Shown here piece by piece: positions 27,808 to 37,218 of a DNA stretch of 64,000 nt. Position 1 is the stretch's first letter; each line of letters begins with the position of its first letter. Origin of the DNA: a phage; the sequence record OZ413489.1. The stretch is one strand, 5' to 3'. The position numbers and the translations under genes were made by a program. Below the pieces are notes generated by a model. The model searched no databases. It was not told where the DNA came from and was given only the letters and a program-made list of their open reading frames with translations.

Positions 27808-28071
27808 TCATTTATCCTTGTCGTCAAGAACTTTTTTAAATCTTTCAGGGATATCTCCCGTTCTTAGATAGTTCATGACCTCGCAAGGTTCCCACTTGAA
27901 TTTCTTACAGAGCAGGGCGGCTGAGATTGTTTCATTGCGAAAAGAAAGGATATTAATATCCCACTCTGAGAACCCCAACTTCCGAAGGGTAGCTACAGAA
28001 ATCCTCACCGCAACCCAGCAGCAAAAACATGCAACAAACGCCACTGCTACAACCCACATCAGGATGTTCAT
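27808..28071 (-). CDS. hypothetical membrane protein
   Basis: 87 aa; N-terminal TM segment. Confidence 0.45.
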   Translation of the reverse strand: MNILMWVVAVAFVACFCCWVAVRISVATLRKLGFSEWDINILSFRNETISAALLCKKFKWEPCEVMNYLRTGDIPERFKKVLDDKDK

Positions 28072-28160
28072 ATAAGCACCTTACTGAAATACAAGACACA
28101 GTGTTAAGGTTACTGACCAGCAAATAATTAACAGTGCCGTTGCAACCTTGGCAAGATTTA

Positions 28161-28448
28161 TCATAGTGCCTCTAAGATTTCATATCCTTCGGGTCGGAAT
28201 ACAAGCCACTCCGTGGCTCCGTTTGGTCGATACGCTTTATACAGAACAACCTGATCTCGGCACATGCACATGGCTACATAGTTTTCATCCACACCTGCAG
28301 CCTGCATTGCATCTTCTTCTCCGGCAACCGCTTTGCTTACAACTTCCTTGGTAGGCAGGTGTGCGATCAGCTCGTCACCATCATTAATTCCAAAATGGCT
28401 GAGTTCTCCATTGGTATCTTTGATCTTAATCTTAACCAGATCTTTCAT
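28161..28448 (-). CDS. small acidic protein
   Basis: 95 aa ORF. Confidence 0.5.
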   Translation of the reverse strand: MKDLVKIKIKDTNGELSHFGINDGDELIAHLPTKEVVSKAVAGEEDAMQAAGVDENYVAMCMCRDQVVLYKAYRPNGATEWLVFRPEGYEILEAL

Positions 28449-28777
28449 TAGTCTTTCTCCAGGTTCAAAGGTCCTAAGATTTCATATGCCAGATTAGAAG
28501 TTACAAGAGGGTCTTCTGCGTCTTTAGTATTATACCACCCGTGAATAACCAGAGTCCCACTTTGTTTCATGTCCAACTGTAACTCTTCTGCCGTTTCCTC
28601 ATCCAGCTCCAAGATTTCCATAAGGTATTTGATGTTAGGGAGGTATGCAGCTGTTACAGTCCCCTCTACCAGACCTTCAGGCCAACCTACATCTGGATGA
28701 CAAGTAGGAACCAGGTTGGTCAGCTTAATGGTGTACGCTTTTTCTGCACGAGCCTTCAGTAACGGGTCAATCTTCAT
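28448..28777 (-). CDS. small acidic protein
   Basis: 109 aa ORF. Confidence 0.5.
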   Translation of the reverse strand: MKIDPLLKARAEKAYTIKLTNLVPTCHPDVGWPEGLVEGTVTAAYLPNIKYLMEILELDEETAEELQLDMKQSGTLVIHGWYNTKDAEDPLVTSNLAYEILGPLNLEKD

Positions 28778-29127
28778 TATTCGTCCTCCTCTTCGGTACC
28801 TGCTTCCAGTAATAAGTTAAGAATATCTTCTGCACAAGGCTCATAGAACTCTTGGCCTTCATTATCGATGATTTTATAGTCATCTCCACGAATAATCAGG
28901 GGATCACTCTCAAAATTATCGAGACCTTTAACAACGACAACACGATCGATTGCCATCATTGTAAGAACTTTATCGACATCTTCCTCTGCTACACCATACT
29001 GCAGCAGAATGTCTTTGGTAGGAGGAACAGCATCCACCACAACGCCGTTACCAAAACCTTCTGGAAGTTTAGCTAAAATATCTTCCGGAACCACATTCAC
29101 ATCAAAACCGGTAATTTCTACTTTCAT
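28777..29127 (-). CDS. small acidic protein, MK(V/I)(E/K)I family
   Basis: 116 aa; MKVEITG start, C-terminus EEEDE. Confidence 0.5.
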   Translation of the reverse strand: MKVEITGFDVNVVPEDILAKLPEGFGNGVVVDAVPPTKDILLQYGVAEEDVDKVLTMMAIDRVVVVKGLDNFESDPLIIRGDDYKIIDNEGQEFYEPCAEDILNLLLEAGTEEEDE

Positions 29128-29385
29128 TTACAGCACCTCTTCGTCAACTACTTCATAAAAATGGCCTGGGATTGCAATAGCGTTCTCACCTTCACCTACA
29201 AACACAGTTCCGTCAAGAATCAACATCATAAGAATTTCTGTAATATCCTCTTCCGGAACGTTGCCAAAACCTTTAATCAGCTCGTAGGTTGGAATATTTA
29301 CCTCTAAGATGTCACCATCTTTAGAACGGAAATCAACACCGTCCTGAATCTCTGCCGTTTCAAGGTTTTTCAATTTAATCTTCAT
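29128..29385 (-). CDS. small acidic protein, MK(V/I)(E/K)I family
   Basis: Track ORF to 29388 (TTG), ATG at 29385 after AGGAGA RBS; C-terminus VVDEEVL. Confidence 0.5.
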   Translation of the reverse strand: MKIKLKNLETAEIQDGVDFRSKDGDILEVNIPTYELIKGFGNVPEEDITEILMMLILDGTVFVGEGENAIAIPGHFYEVVDEEVL

Positions 29386-29417
29386 CAATCGGTCTCCTGT
29401 CTTGTTAAGATGAAGGT

Positions 29418-29446
29418 ATTATTTCACACAGGGTTGGCGTTGTCAA
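29418..29446 (-). promoter_or_regulatory. sigma70-type promoter on minus strand (TTGACA-17-AATAAT)
   Basis: Read as reverse complement of the plus strand. Confidence 0.45.
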
Positions 29447-29464
29447 CACCTGTGTGCAAGAAAA

Positions 29465-29860
29465 TTACTGAAACAGTGCGGATAAATTACCTTCTGGTGG
29501 GAACTTATCTGCCAAAAACGGTGTTAGCACAGTAGCCCTCTGAAGATCTGGGGTCCACTCGTTGTTCAGAACATCCCAGTAGTACGCAATGTTGCTGTGT
29601 GGGTGCCGCATTACGAACTTTTTCCCTTCGTAGTCATCTGAAACCTCTACAGAAGAAATAACAACAGAATCTTCAAGGGTTTCTTCATAGAAAGATCCAC
29701 CTTCAAATTTCCAACGAGATGCAAGAGCCCCTGCCTTGAACGCTGCAGATAACGGACTGTCGGCAAGAACATACATTTCTTGCACTCTGTCGCTGCGATC
29801 TTTGCTTCTTACGTTGTATACAGTATCTGAGCTATACTCAACACGGTATAGGCTTACCAT
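29465..29860 (-). CDS. hypothetical protein, paralog of 31667-32065
   Basis: 131 aa; shared block HP.S...YW(D/N)....WTP..........P.L. Confidence 0.55.
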   Translation of the reverse strand: MVSLYRVEYSSDTVYNVRSKDRSDRVQEMYVLADSPLSAAFKAGALASRWKFEGGSFYEETLEDSVVISSVEVSDDYEGKKFVMRHPHSNIAYYWDVLNNEWTPDLQRATVLTPFLADKFPPEGNLSALFQ

Positions 29861-30219
29861 TACCGAACCTCCTCAATAACTTCCACATCTGAACCTACCA
29901 CAAATGCAAAAGGACAGGTTTCATGAAAGATATCCGGATCGCCGCCAAGCTTGCTAACAATTTCTCCACCACTAATAAACACAAGCTCACCGATATTCAT
30001 CAGATTGCTGAAATAGTACCCATAATGATTAAAGAATGCAGCAGGGTCAGGTAGACTAGTAGCCTCAAGCACTACATCGGTTGAGGTTACTTTCTTATCA
30101 TAACCTCTCGCCTTTTGAGATGCAAGATCTGCAGAATCCTCAGGCGACCGGAGATGCACAGGAATTGTTTCACCAATAAAGCGTACTTTCATATTATCAC
30201 CCAACAACCATAGCTTCAA
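29860..30219 (-). CDS. small protein, distant member of the MKVK..D..AAGA family
   Basis: 119 aa; MKVRFIGE and VFISGGEIVSKLGG. Confidence 0.5.
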   Translation of the reverse strand: MKLWLLGDNMKVRFIGETIPVHLRSPEDSADLASQKARGYDKKVTSTDVVLEATSLPDPAAFFNHYGYYFSNLMNIGELVFISGGEIVSKLGGDPDIFHETCPFAFVVGSDVEVIEEVR

Positions 30220-30460
30220 AAGGAGTCATGAACGAATAAACGGCATCATCATCTGCTTCAGGGAATGCTCCCAAAGACTTCATATCTGAGCCCTTGACAA
30301 ATACAAGGTTTTGATCAAAGGCTTCTTGGGGGTCAATCCGATACATATTTCGTAAAATATCGCTTACCTCCTCATCAAGAGGTGAGTATGCTGTGCACGT
30401 TTTTCCGATCAAGCTTTGAGAATCAGGGTATCCACCTGAAGTTTTAAAATAAACAATCAT
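30197..30460 (-). CDS. small protein, distant member of the MKVK..D..AAGA family
   Basis: 87 aa; VFVKGSDMKSLGA. Confidence 0.5.
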   Translation of the reverse strand: MIVYFKTSGGYPDSQSLIGKTCTAYSPLDEEVSDILRNMYRIDPQEAFDQNLVFVKGSDMKSLGAFPEADDDAVYSFMTPFEAMVVG

Positions 30461-30551
30461 ATAGTATCACCTCTGGTAAGAGATTGGGACTCCTTTCCCA
30501 CAAATAATTACAAATCTTCCTTAGCGAGGAAGTATGCTAATCCAAGCAGGA

Positions 30552-30821
30552 TTATTCCTCTACAATCTCATACACATCAGGAGTTACAATCAACTCTTCT
30601 CCGTTACCCGGTGCAACAAACACCACCAAACCTTCAGGTGTGTGCTTTTTAGCCATCTCGATAACATCTTCTCGCAGAGCTGGCTCCATCAGATCAAAAC
30701 CTTCACCTAGGGCATCACGAACCACCTTCATATAGTCCACTGGTTGTGCTTCAACAATCATGCCTTCAACCAGTCCACAATTTTTGTCTGCCAGCTCAGT
30801 TTGGAATAATTTAATTTTCAT
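30552..30821 (-). CDS. small acidic protein, MK(V/I)(E/K)I family
   Basis: 89 aa; MKIKLF start, C-terminus YEIVEE. Confidence 0.5.
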   Translation of the reverse strand: MKIKLFQTELADKNCGLVEGMIVEAQPVDYMKVVRDALGEGFDLMEPALREDVIEMAKKHTPEGLVVFVAPGNGEELIVTPDVYEIVEE

Positions 30822-30958
30822 TTAGAGGTCTCCTCAATTATTTGATATTAATAGCCGTAACCTAACACATTAACTACAACTGCGATTGCAAACATAATTT
30901 CAAAGCATGCAATCTCTACATTTGGGACTAATTTCTTAATCACACCCATTGTAGCACC

Positions 30959-31276
30959 TCATTCTCCAAAGTCAATCTTTACTTTGCCTTTCCCCTTACC
31001 TTTCTTTCCACCGCATTTAGCCAGCTGACGTGCTGCAACATCTACCATACGGTCAGTTGCCTCGTAAGCATCACTGCCTTTAGCCTTGGCAATAACTTCT
31101 TTTCCAGAATTGTCAAAAATGAACGCCATAACTTCCTGGTGATCATTTTCAACTTTTACACTCACACGTGCATAGTTGGCAGAGGGATGCAAACGCTCCA
31201 ACTTAGACATTTTGTGGGAAATGAAAGACACCATACCTTCAGTGATTTCTACGTTGCCAGTGATTTCAATTTGCAT
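30959..31276 (-). CDS. ribosome hibernation promoting factor / RaiA-like protein
   Basis: 105 aa; MQIEITGNVEITEGM..F...KMSKLERL.....ARVSVKVEN resembles HPF/YfiA; Lys/Gly-rich tail. Confidence 0.65.
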   Translation of the reverse strand: MQIEITGNVEITEGMVSFISHKMSKLERLHPSANYARVSVKVENDHQEVMAFIFDNSGKEVIAKAKGSDAYEATDRMVDVAARQLAKCGGKKGKGKGKVKIDFGE

Positions 31277-31323
31277 AACGTGTTCCTTTTAAAGAAGAGG
31301 GAACCGAACCCTCTTTGAAAACA

Positions 31324-31352
31324 ATGATACTAAATCTGAAGCGTTGTGTCAA
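31324..31352 (-). promoter_or_regulatory. sigma70-type promoter on minus strand (TTGACA-17-TATCAT)
   Basis: Immediately upstream of the HPF-like gene. Confidence 0.5.
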
Positions 31353-31358
31353 CAGTTT

Positions 31359-31649
31359 TTACAGATTGTTGTCGATAGTTTTTAAAATATCCACAGCAAG
31401 ATCTGCCATTTTTCGAACATACTCTGCAAACTCAACAGGATCCTTGATCAAAGAATTCACAGGGTCGTACCCTAGAGCGTTCAAAATGGCTGCAGCATCT
31501 ACAACCTTCTCATCATTTGCGAAGATCTCTCCATCAAACTTGTAGGTCCATTTTGAGTCAATCTTGGCAGGGAATGATTGGTCAACGCTTGTTACACCAT
31601 CCTTTTTAAACGCTCCGGTGTTATCAGTGTCTAGAACTAAATCCATCAT
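31359..31649 (-). CDS. hypothetical protein
   Basis: 96 aa ORF. Confidence 0.5.
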   Translation of the reverse strand: MMDLVLDTDNTGAFKKDGVTSVDQSFPAKIDSKWTYKFDGEIFANDEKVVDAAAILNALGYDPVNSLIKDPVEFAEYVRKMADLAVDILKTIDNNL

Positions 31650-31666
31650 GTTAGTACCTCACCGTT

Positions 31667-32065
31667 TCAGTTTAGCTTTTCTTCAACAACCCCATAGCTC
31701 GGGACAGAGTCAAGAGCTTTCTGGTTTAAAAGTGGTGTAGCAGAATCTGCAAACGGTGTCCAAGTTTTTGTTCTGGCGTTCCAGTAATGCTTCACTCTGG
31801 AATCTGGATGCACTATAACAAAAACTTTTTCACTTGTCAACACATTAATTTCTTCCACACCCCTGCTGATAATTTCTCCGTCATATCCCCCGGTCTGGTA
31901 TCCTTCGTACCAGGTTCTTGCATAGGCATAGCCAGCCTGCCAGCATGCAGCCTCCTCCGAGGTGGAGACTACGTAGAAGTCTTTCTCAAATTCTGGGATA
32001 CGCCCTTGCTTTACGCTCCAAGCTCCGCGAATTTTCATTGTAACTTTGAATAGTTTATTTTTCAC
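31667..32065 (-). CDS. hypothetical protein, paralog of 29465-29860
   Basis: 132 aa; shares the HP.S...YW motif block. Confidence 0.55.
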   Translation of the reverse strand: MKNKLFKVTMKIRGAWSVKQGRIPEFEKDFYVVSTSEEAACWQAGYAYARTWYEGYQTGGYDGEIISRGVEEINVLTSEKVFVIVHPDSRVKHYWNARTKTWTPFADSATPLLNQKALDSVPSYGVVEEKLN

Positions 32066-32077
32066 AACGGTTACCCA

Positions 32078-32332
32078 TCACAGTTCTACAATATCTGCAT
32101 CTGACCCTGCCCCAAAGGCATAATAGGACTCTTCCCCGAAATAATATTCCGGTGCACCAGCAGCGATCAGGTCTGATCCCAAAATGAATACCACGTTGTG
32201 GCCTACATAGCTGTGATTTTGCCGCACAGGATCATCCCACGGCAACCCTTCGAAGTATACCGCAGGGACGACCTTTCCTTTCAGGAAGGATTGCCCCAAG
32301 TAGACGTTAGAATCAAGAATTTTAACCTTCAT
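32078..32332 (-). CDS. small protein, MKVK..D..AAGA family
   Basis: 84 aa; MKVKILDSNVYLGQ...DLIAAGA. Confidence 0.55.
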   Translation of the reverse strand: MKVKILDSNVYLGQSFLKGKVVPAVYFEGLPWDDPVRQNHSYVGHNVVFILGSDLIAAGAPEYYFGEESYYAFGAGSDADIVEL

Positions 32333-32549
32333 GATCGTCCTCCACTATCTCTACATCCTCACCTAGGGCAAAGTTGTAGGTCCACTGACTGTCAAAGCAT
32401 TCCTGAGATGCACCAGCGGCAATAAGATCTGCCCCTTTTATTTTTAAAAGGTCAGGGTAATCTTCGTTAGGGACAGCAGTAAACACTTTCCCTACTAAAG
32501 GCTCCTGACCAATATAGAAGCTTGAATCTAAAACTTTAACTTTCATCAA
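32322..32549 (-). CDS. small protein, MKVK..D..AAGA family
   Basis: 75 aa; MMKVKVLDSSFYIGQ...DLIAAGA. Confidence 0.55.
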   Translation of the reverse strand: MMKVKVLDSSFYIGQEPLVGKVFTAVPNEDYPDLLKIKGADLIAAGASQECFDSQWTYNFALGEDVEIVEDDHEG

Positions 32550-32833
32550 CGGTCTCCATCAGGTGGTTGTGGGACGTAAACACTGTTACGAATATCGTCC
32601 GCAGTATAGTAATAAGTGTCTCCAACCCTATCTCTGGCTGCAATGTACTCTGCTATACCAATAAGTGCCATTGATTTGGTGGCGTATCTTCCCCACTCGT
32701 TAGCTCCCCAGTAGAATTTAGACCAGTAGGGAATAATACCGAACAAATATACCTTTTGACGAACTTCCCAGTAAGTGCCTTTTCCGACAAGTTTAAACTC
32801 TACTTCACTACTGTTAATCTTTTTCATTATCAA
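32546..32833 (-). CDS. hypothetical protein
   Basis: 95 aa ORF. Confidence 0.5.
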   Translation of the reverse strand: MIMKKINSSEVEFKLVGKGTYWEVRQKVYLFGIIPYWSKFYWGANEWGRYATKSMALIGIAEYIAARDRVGDTYYYTADDIRNSVYVPQPPDGDR

Positions 32834-33126
32834 TCTCCCTCTACCGTGGTCGGATTGTCAGTAAGAAATTGAGCATTGGCTGGAGGCACGCCTGACATTT
32901 TCCACACAACCATAAGTTTGTAACCAGGAACTCTATTAAGTGCAGATCGAGTAGAGTTTGTGCACGTATACTTTCGCTTTCCAAACCCGTTCTCCATCAT
33001 AATCCAGTACCCAGTATCTTTGTCACCAGGTATCGGTAGACCACCTTCATCAACCCACTGAATGGACCACGGCACGATGGCTACAGCTTTATATTTAAAC
33101 TTTTTAAACCACTCAAAAAGTTTCAT
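32830..33126 (-). CDS. hypothetical protein
   Basis: 98 aa ORF. Confidence 0.5.
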   Translation of the reverse strand: MKLFEWFKKFKYKAVAIVPWSIQWVDEGGLPIPGDKDTGYWIMMENGFGKRKYTCTNSTRSALNRVPGYKLMVVWKMSGVPPANAQFLTDNPTTVEGD

Positions 33127-33221
33127 AATTCAGCCTCGCATAGACATAATCACTATAAACAGGCAAACAATGAATCCGAATGCCACGCCACCCATAAACG
33201 TTAATATTGATGCAATCATAG

Positions 33222-33407
33222 TCAATCAGCCTCGCTTGGCAACTCTTCTACCTTAACATGCCGAAAAGTGTTACCGTAATGGTTGATCCATGACATCAGC
33301 TCGCTTTCTTGCTCTTCCTCTGGGATGAACTCTCGAATGCTGACAAGTTTTAAGAAAACCCAATCACAATCTGCACCCATTCTACCAGACAGGCAATAGT
33401 GCTTCAT
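33222..33407 (-). CDS. hypothetical protein
   Basis: 61 aa ORF. Confidence 0.4.
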   Translation of the reverse strand: MKHYCLSGRMGADCDWVFLKLVSIREFIPEEEQESELMSWINHYGNTFRHVKVEELPSEAD

Positions 33408-33425
33408 AAAAACCCCCCGCCTGGT

Positions 33426-33620
33426 TTAGAATATTGCTTCTTCCATTGCACCTGAGAGCAACAAAGAGGTGATCTGGCTAACATTCATCTCAGACTCTAC
33501 TTCCTCCCCTTTGAAAGGTTCGCGGCAGAATAGGACTGTTTCAGGACTTTTACTTCGAACAATATAATACAAATCATTCAATGTGTTGTAGTAATAAGTG
33601 TTAAAACGTAAGTTTTTCAT
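33426..33620 (-). CDS. hypothetical protein
   Basis: 64 aa ORF. Confidence 0.4.
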   Translation of the reverse strand: MKNLRFNTYYYNTLNDLYYIVRSKSPETVLFCREPFKGEEVESEMNVSQITSLLLSGAMEEAIF

Positions 33621-33904
33621 TTTCTAGTCCCCTTCTTAGATTTTTGTGTAGAAACGCTTTCTGCAATACGAGACAAACGTTCTTCTGAAGCCTTGCCTAT
33701 TCCAGGTTTTTTGAGTGGGTTATCTTTATGACCACAATCCAATTGGATATTGGATACCTCTCCAACCTTGTAAGTCAATTCTAGCAAAAGGTTGTCGTCC
33801 TTGTCAAATGTTCTTACGATAAATTTTTTATCGTTCTCCTGAACTTCGTATCGGGTACCCGCAGTATACAGCATGGTGCCATCCGCATAGGATATCCAGA
33901 TCAT
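33617..33904 (-). CDS. hypothetical protein
   Basis: 95 aa ORF. Confidence 0.45.
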   Translation of the reverse strand: MIWISYADGTMLYTAGTRYEVQENDKKFIVRTFDKDDNLLLELTYKVGEVSNIQLDCGHKDNPLKKPGIGKASEERLSRIAESVSTQKSKKGTRK

Positions 33905-34248
33905 TGAACCTCCTTCTGCTGCAACAGCATTAACTCTTTGTTGGAGATTTTTACTGCTGTTTTTATTGTTCCATCTTCACGAAACCACGACCAGAACTCT
34001 ACAGTGTCCCCACTGTCAAGCAAAGCATACCCGTGGTAGAAGTCTTTGTCCTTAGACAGTTTCTCATCTATGTCTGCATCGACACATTCGTGATCCATAG
34101 CATTTTGCCTGAATGCATCGGTTATACCAATGCACGCCTTGCTCTCAAGACTGGTATATCCGATATCTTTTAATTCAGTTTCCCAAGTCCAGTACCCTAT
34201 AAAAGCTAAAACAGCTACCCACATTAATAACGTTTTAATCTTTGGCAT
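33901..34248 (-). CDS. hypothetical membrane-anchored protein
   Basis: 115 aa; N-terminal hydrophobic segment. Confidence 0.5.
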   Translation of the reverse strand: MPKIKTLLMWVAVLAFIGYWTWETELKDIGYTSLESKACIGITDAFRQNAMDHECVDADIDEKLSKDKDFYHGYALLDSGDTVEFWSWFREDGTIKTAVKISNKELMLLQQKEVQ

Positions 34249-34310
34249 TCTCTCTACCTCTTTCTTAGTTTATTTCACTATGGCACATCCTTTGTGCCAT
34301 ATCTCAACCA

Positions 34311-34772
34311 CTACTTAAATAGTAGTCCAAAATAGTGCAAAATTAACAGAAGTTGAACTACACCTAGTGCAACGGCGAGTATGTTAATCTTAGAATCGAA
34401 AAACTTCTTAACTTTTACTCTAAAAGGTTCCTTAATGTCCTTTACGATCCTATTTATAGATGATTTCATATCCCTGATTACCATCCTAAACATTAGAGAC
34501 GGATCTTCCTTCTCTGTAATAGAATCGAAAACATACTCTCTTCGGTCATAAGGACCTCCAGATCTGCGTATTAACCTCTCCACAGAGACCTCGTACGACA
34601 CACCTGTAACGTAATCATCTATGATAAGTAGTGACGGGTCTTTATCGTCCAAGGGTATTAAAGTTATCTTTCCAGATTTTGTTAAAATTTCTCCTTTTTC
34701 AAGCAAGGTGTACCAATGCTCTCTACCAAGATTGTTGAGGCACGTTTTTACATATTTAACAAACATCGTCAC
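34311..34772 (-). CDS. hypothetical protein with C-terminal TM
   Basis: 153 aa; C-terminal hydrophobic segment. Confidence 0.5.
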   Translation of the reverse strand: MTMFVKYVKTCLNNLGREHWYTLLEKGEILTKSGKITLIPLDDKDPSLLIIDDYVTGVSYEVSVERLIRRSGGPYDRREYVFDSITEKEDPSLMFRMVIRDMKSSINRIVKDIKEPFRVKVKKFFDSKINILAVALGVVQLLLILHYFGLLFK

Positions 34773-34972
34773 CCCTCATCGCACGTCTGATATAACCACT
34801 CTATGAAATCTTGATACCATTCGCCCTCTGAGCGCTCCGTAGGCCAATAATCTTCACCCTCTCGTGCATTAAAATCTGAGTATTCAACTTTCCACTCCTT
34901 TACCAGCTCGTGGAGAAGGTTTTCAGCCTGCTCTAAAGATTTATTTTTTGCCATTGCTGTCTCCTTTTTCAA
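34769..34972 (-). CDS. hypothetical acidic protein
   Basis: 67 aa ORF. Confidence 0.45.
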   Translation of the reverse strand: MKKETAMAKNKSLEQAENLLHELVKEWKVEYSDFNAREGEDYWPTERSEGEWYQDFIEWLYQTCDEG

Positions 34973-35173
34973 GATAGTTATACATCAGAACTGCACCACC
35001 TAAGATGGCTACCAGTAACAATATCCCAGATAGCATCTCAATAAACATGGCTTGAAACACTGGAAGGTCTCCCTAAATTAACGCACCATTTTAAATACAT
35101 GCTCTTTTCCCATAAAGGTGCCTGGCTAAGATCTGCGTAGAACGCAATCTCTTTAAGAACAGTATAGATAGTT

Positions 35174-35401
35174 TTAGGTGCGGTCTCCATCCCTACTCTC
35201 CTTCCTGATATTCTTGTAGTAATCAACTAGGCACATTGTTACGATGAAGATAACAACAGGCCAAAAAGGTGCAGCAGTGATGATGGTGATAAAATCATCA
35301 AACTTCACCCTTCGTCTGGACACGATGCATACACCTGTCAAGAATGCCGCTGTTATAACGGACATTACCAGGTAACCTATTAGCACAACATTTATACTCA
35401 T
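35174..35401 (-). CDS. hypothetical membrane protein
   Basis: 75 aa; two hydrophobic segments; RBS GGAGGA. Confidence 0.45.
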   Translation of the reverse strand: MSINVVLIGYLVMSVITAAFLTGVCIVSRRRVKFDDFITIITAAPFWPVVIFIVTMCLVDYYKNIRKESRDGDRT

Positions 35402-35428
35402 TGGTCCTCCCTTTGTAGGTTAAATTGT

Positions 35429-35457
35429 ATACTACAAATGGTCGCTGAGGGTGTCAA
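35429..35457 (-). promoter_or_regulatory. sigma70-type promoter on minus strand (TTGACA-17-TAGTAT)
   Basis: Overlaps the 3' end of the upstream gene. Confidence 0.45.
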
Positions 35458-35965
35458 GAAAATTATCCCGTTCTTTCTCAGAGTTTTCATGTGTGTAGCT
35501 GAAAAACATATCGAGAATAACCTTATTGATATATTCCAGCTCCTCTGTGTTCAGATGCTTAGCAGGATCTACAATGACATCCCAAATATCATACAGACCA
35601 CACTCATGATACCCATAACGCCACTCAATTGTCAAGCTGAGCGGCAAATCTTTACCTTCACAAACAACCTTCCATCTACATATGTTGGTATCTGGTCGTA
35701 CCTGTGCACGGTACACCTGCACAAAATCCAATTTGAATTTGAGGTACTCGTCATACAATTTAAGCACAAAGCTCTCGATTTGTGGAGACACTTTTGCAGC
35801 AAACTGTGCGTATTTGTACTTGCACTGGATGATCTTTCTACGTTTTGCAGTTAAATTTTTTGCCGCCAGTTGTTCTTCAGTGTATCTCCACCTACGATCA
35901 ACAAACGCAACAGGGTCTTTGTCCCCATAGAGGTCTTCCCAGTTAATCAGAAGCATACCTGTCAC
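35432..35965 (-). CDS. hypothetical protein
   Basis: 177 aa ORF. Confidence 0.5.
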   Translation of the reverse strand: MTGMLLINWEDLYGDKDPVAFVDRRWRYTEEQLAAKNLTAKRRKIIQCKYKYAQFAAKVSPQIESFVLKLYDEYLKFKLDFVQVYRAQVRPDTNICRWKVVCEGKDLPLSLTIEWRYGYHECGLYDIWDVIVDPAKHLNTEELEYINKVILDMFFSYTHENSEKERDNFLDTLSDHL

Positions 35966-36195
35966 TCCTCCACAACTTCAAGGCCTTTACCGCCTCGCTC
36001 TGGCAGATTACTTAAAGATAGGTAATACATATAATCAGGAGAGATCCTGCCAGACTCTGCACCTGCAGCTAGTAAATCCTTCCCTTTAACCAGGACAACA
36101 TTCTCGTTTGCAGATAGCCGTTTTGCTTCCACAATTTTACCAACACAGTCAACCAAGGAAGGGTACCCTAAATCTGTAAGAAATTTAACTTTCAT
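35962..36195 (-). CDS. small protein, MKVK..D..AAGA family
   Basis: 77 aa; MKVKFLTDLGYP...DLLAAGAESG. Confidence 0.55.
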   Translation of the reverse strand: MKVKFLTDLGYPSLVDCVGKIVEAKRLSANENVVLVKGKDLLAAGAESGRISPDYMYYLSLSNLPERGGKGLEVVEE

Positions 36196-36232
36196 GCTAC
36201 CTCCTACCTACCGTCCCTGGTAAGATAAATTA

Positions 36233-36631
36233 TTACTGAACAGAGCGCGGTGCTGGGAAGGATAACTCCTCTAAAGAGAAGATTTCATTTCCTACCACCC
36301 AAGTTGCTGGGTCATCTGGATCAACAGGTTGGATAATCATTACCTCATCCGCCTCGCACACACGTTTCCCACCCATAGTAGCGTCAGCCACTAACATACG
36401 CGGCTCTTCAGAAATGCACAGGTAGCCACCTCGGCCCACTGTTCCTTCCACGGGATCCTGCCCTTTGACCACAATGAATACCTTCTCTCCTGTGGAGATA
36501 TTACTTTTCACACTAACAGTTTGACCAACTTTAGATGTACCGATCTTGGTGGCTTCAAACATTAAATCCCGAATTACTGTTGCATAGTTGCCGGACACTT
36601 TCTTACCTTCTTTAGTAATCTCAATCTTCAT
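36233..36631 (-). CDS. hypothetical protein (MKIEIT start)
   Basis: 132 aa ORF. Confidence 0.5.
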   Translation of the reverse strand: MKIEITKEGKKVSGNYATVIRDLMFEATKIGTSKVGQTVSVKSNISTGEKVFIVVKGQDPVEGTVGRGGYLCISEEPRMLVADATMGGKRVCEADEVMIIQPVDPDDPATWVVGNEIFSLEELSFPAPRSVQ

Positions 36632-36903
36632 AATCTAGGCTCCTTAAATGAATCTATGTAATCAATTAAATCCCAAGCATCGCGATGGGCTGTCAGAGGG
36701 TATACTTCTCCGAGAGGGATCATAGCAATAAGTCTATCAAAAACCCAGTCTGGACGCAACATTTTATGGTGATATTCCCACTCACCTTCCACAGATTTTT
36801 TCTGAGTTATCAGGATCTCTGTGTAGTGTTTCTCCTGTCTTGAGTAGATTGAAAATGACTTGTACATAAATGACCCCCTCTTGTTGAAAACAACAATACA
36901 CAA
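36628..36903 (-). CDS. hypothetical protein
   Basis: 91 aa ORF. Confidence 0.45.
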   Translation of the reverse strand: MCIVVFNKRGSFMYKSFSIYSRQEKHYTEILITQKKSVEGEWEYHHKMLRPDWVFDRLIAMIPLGEVYPLTAHRDAWDLIDYIDSFKEPRL

Positions 36904-37218
36904 CTACCAGGTTACTGTCAAGTAGGCAACCGTATTATTTTTCTCTGGGGAGATGCCAACAACATCTACCTGCAGACCTCCTGCCCTTAAATCTCCAACA
37001 ATGTGAGGGAAGTAATCTGAGAGATGCGAGGGTAGATTTATCGAAAATCCGCACCCCAGAAAGCCTGCTAACGCTTTATTTTGTATCTCCCCCACAATCG
37101 CATCATAAATGGAGTTAAGCTCGTCAGGGAGCGTTACAGGACGTTTTAGCGCTAACTGGTGTAATTTGTCCTTAGCACTCATTTTCATTTCAGGTCTACC
37201 TCTGGAGGTGCCAACCAC
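36904..37218 (-). CDS. hypothetical protein
   Basis: 104 aa ORF. Confidence 0.45.
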   Translation of the reverse strand: MVGTSRGRPEMKMSAKDKLHQLALKRPVTLPDELNSIYDAIVGEIQNKALAGFLGCGFSINLPSHLSDYFPHIVGDLRAGGLQVDVVGISPEKNNTVAYLTVTW

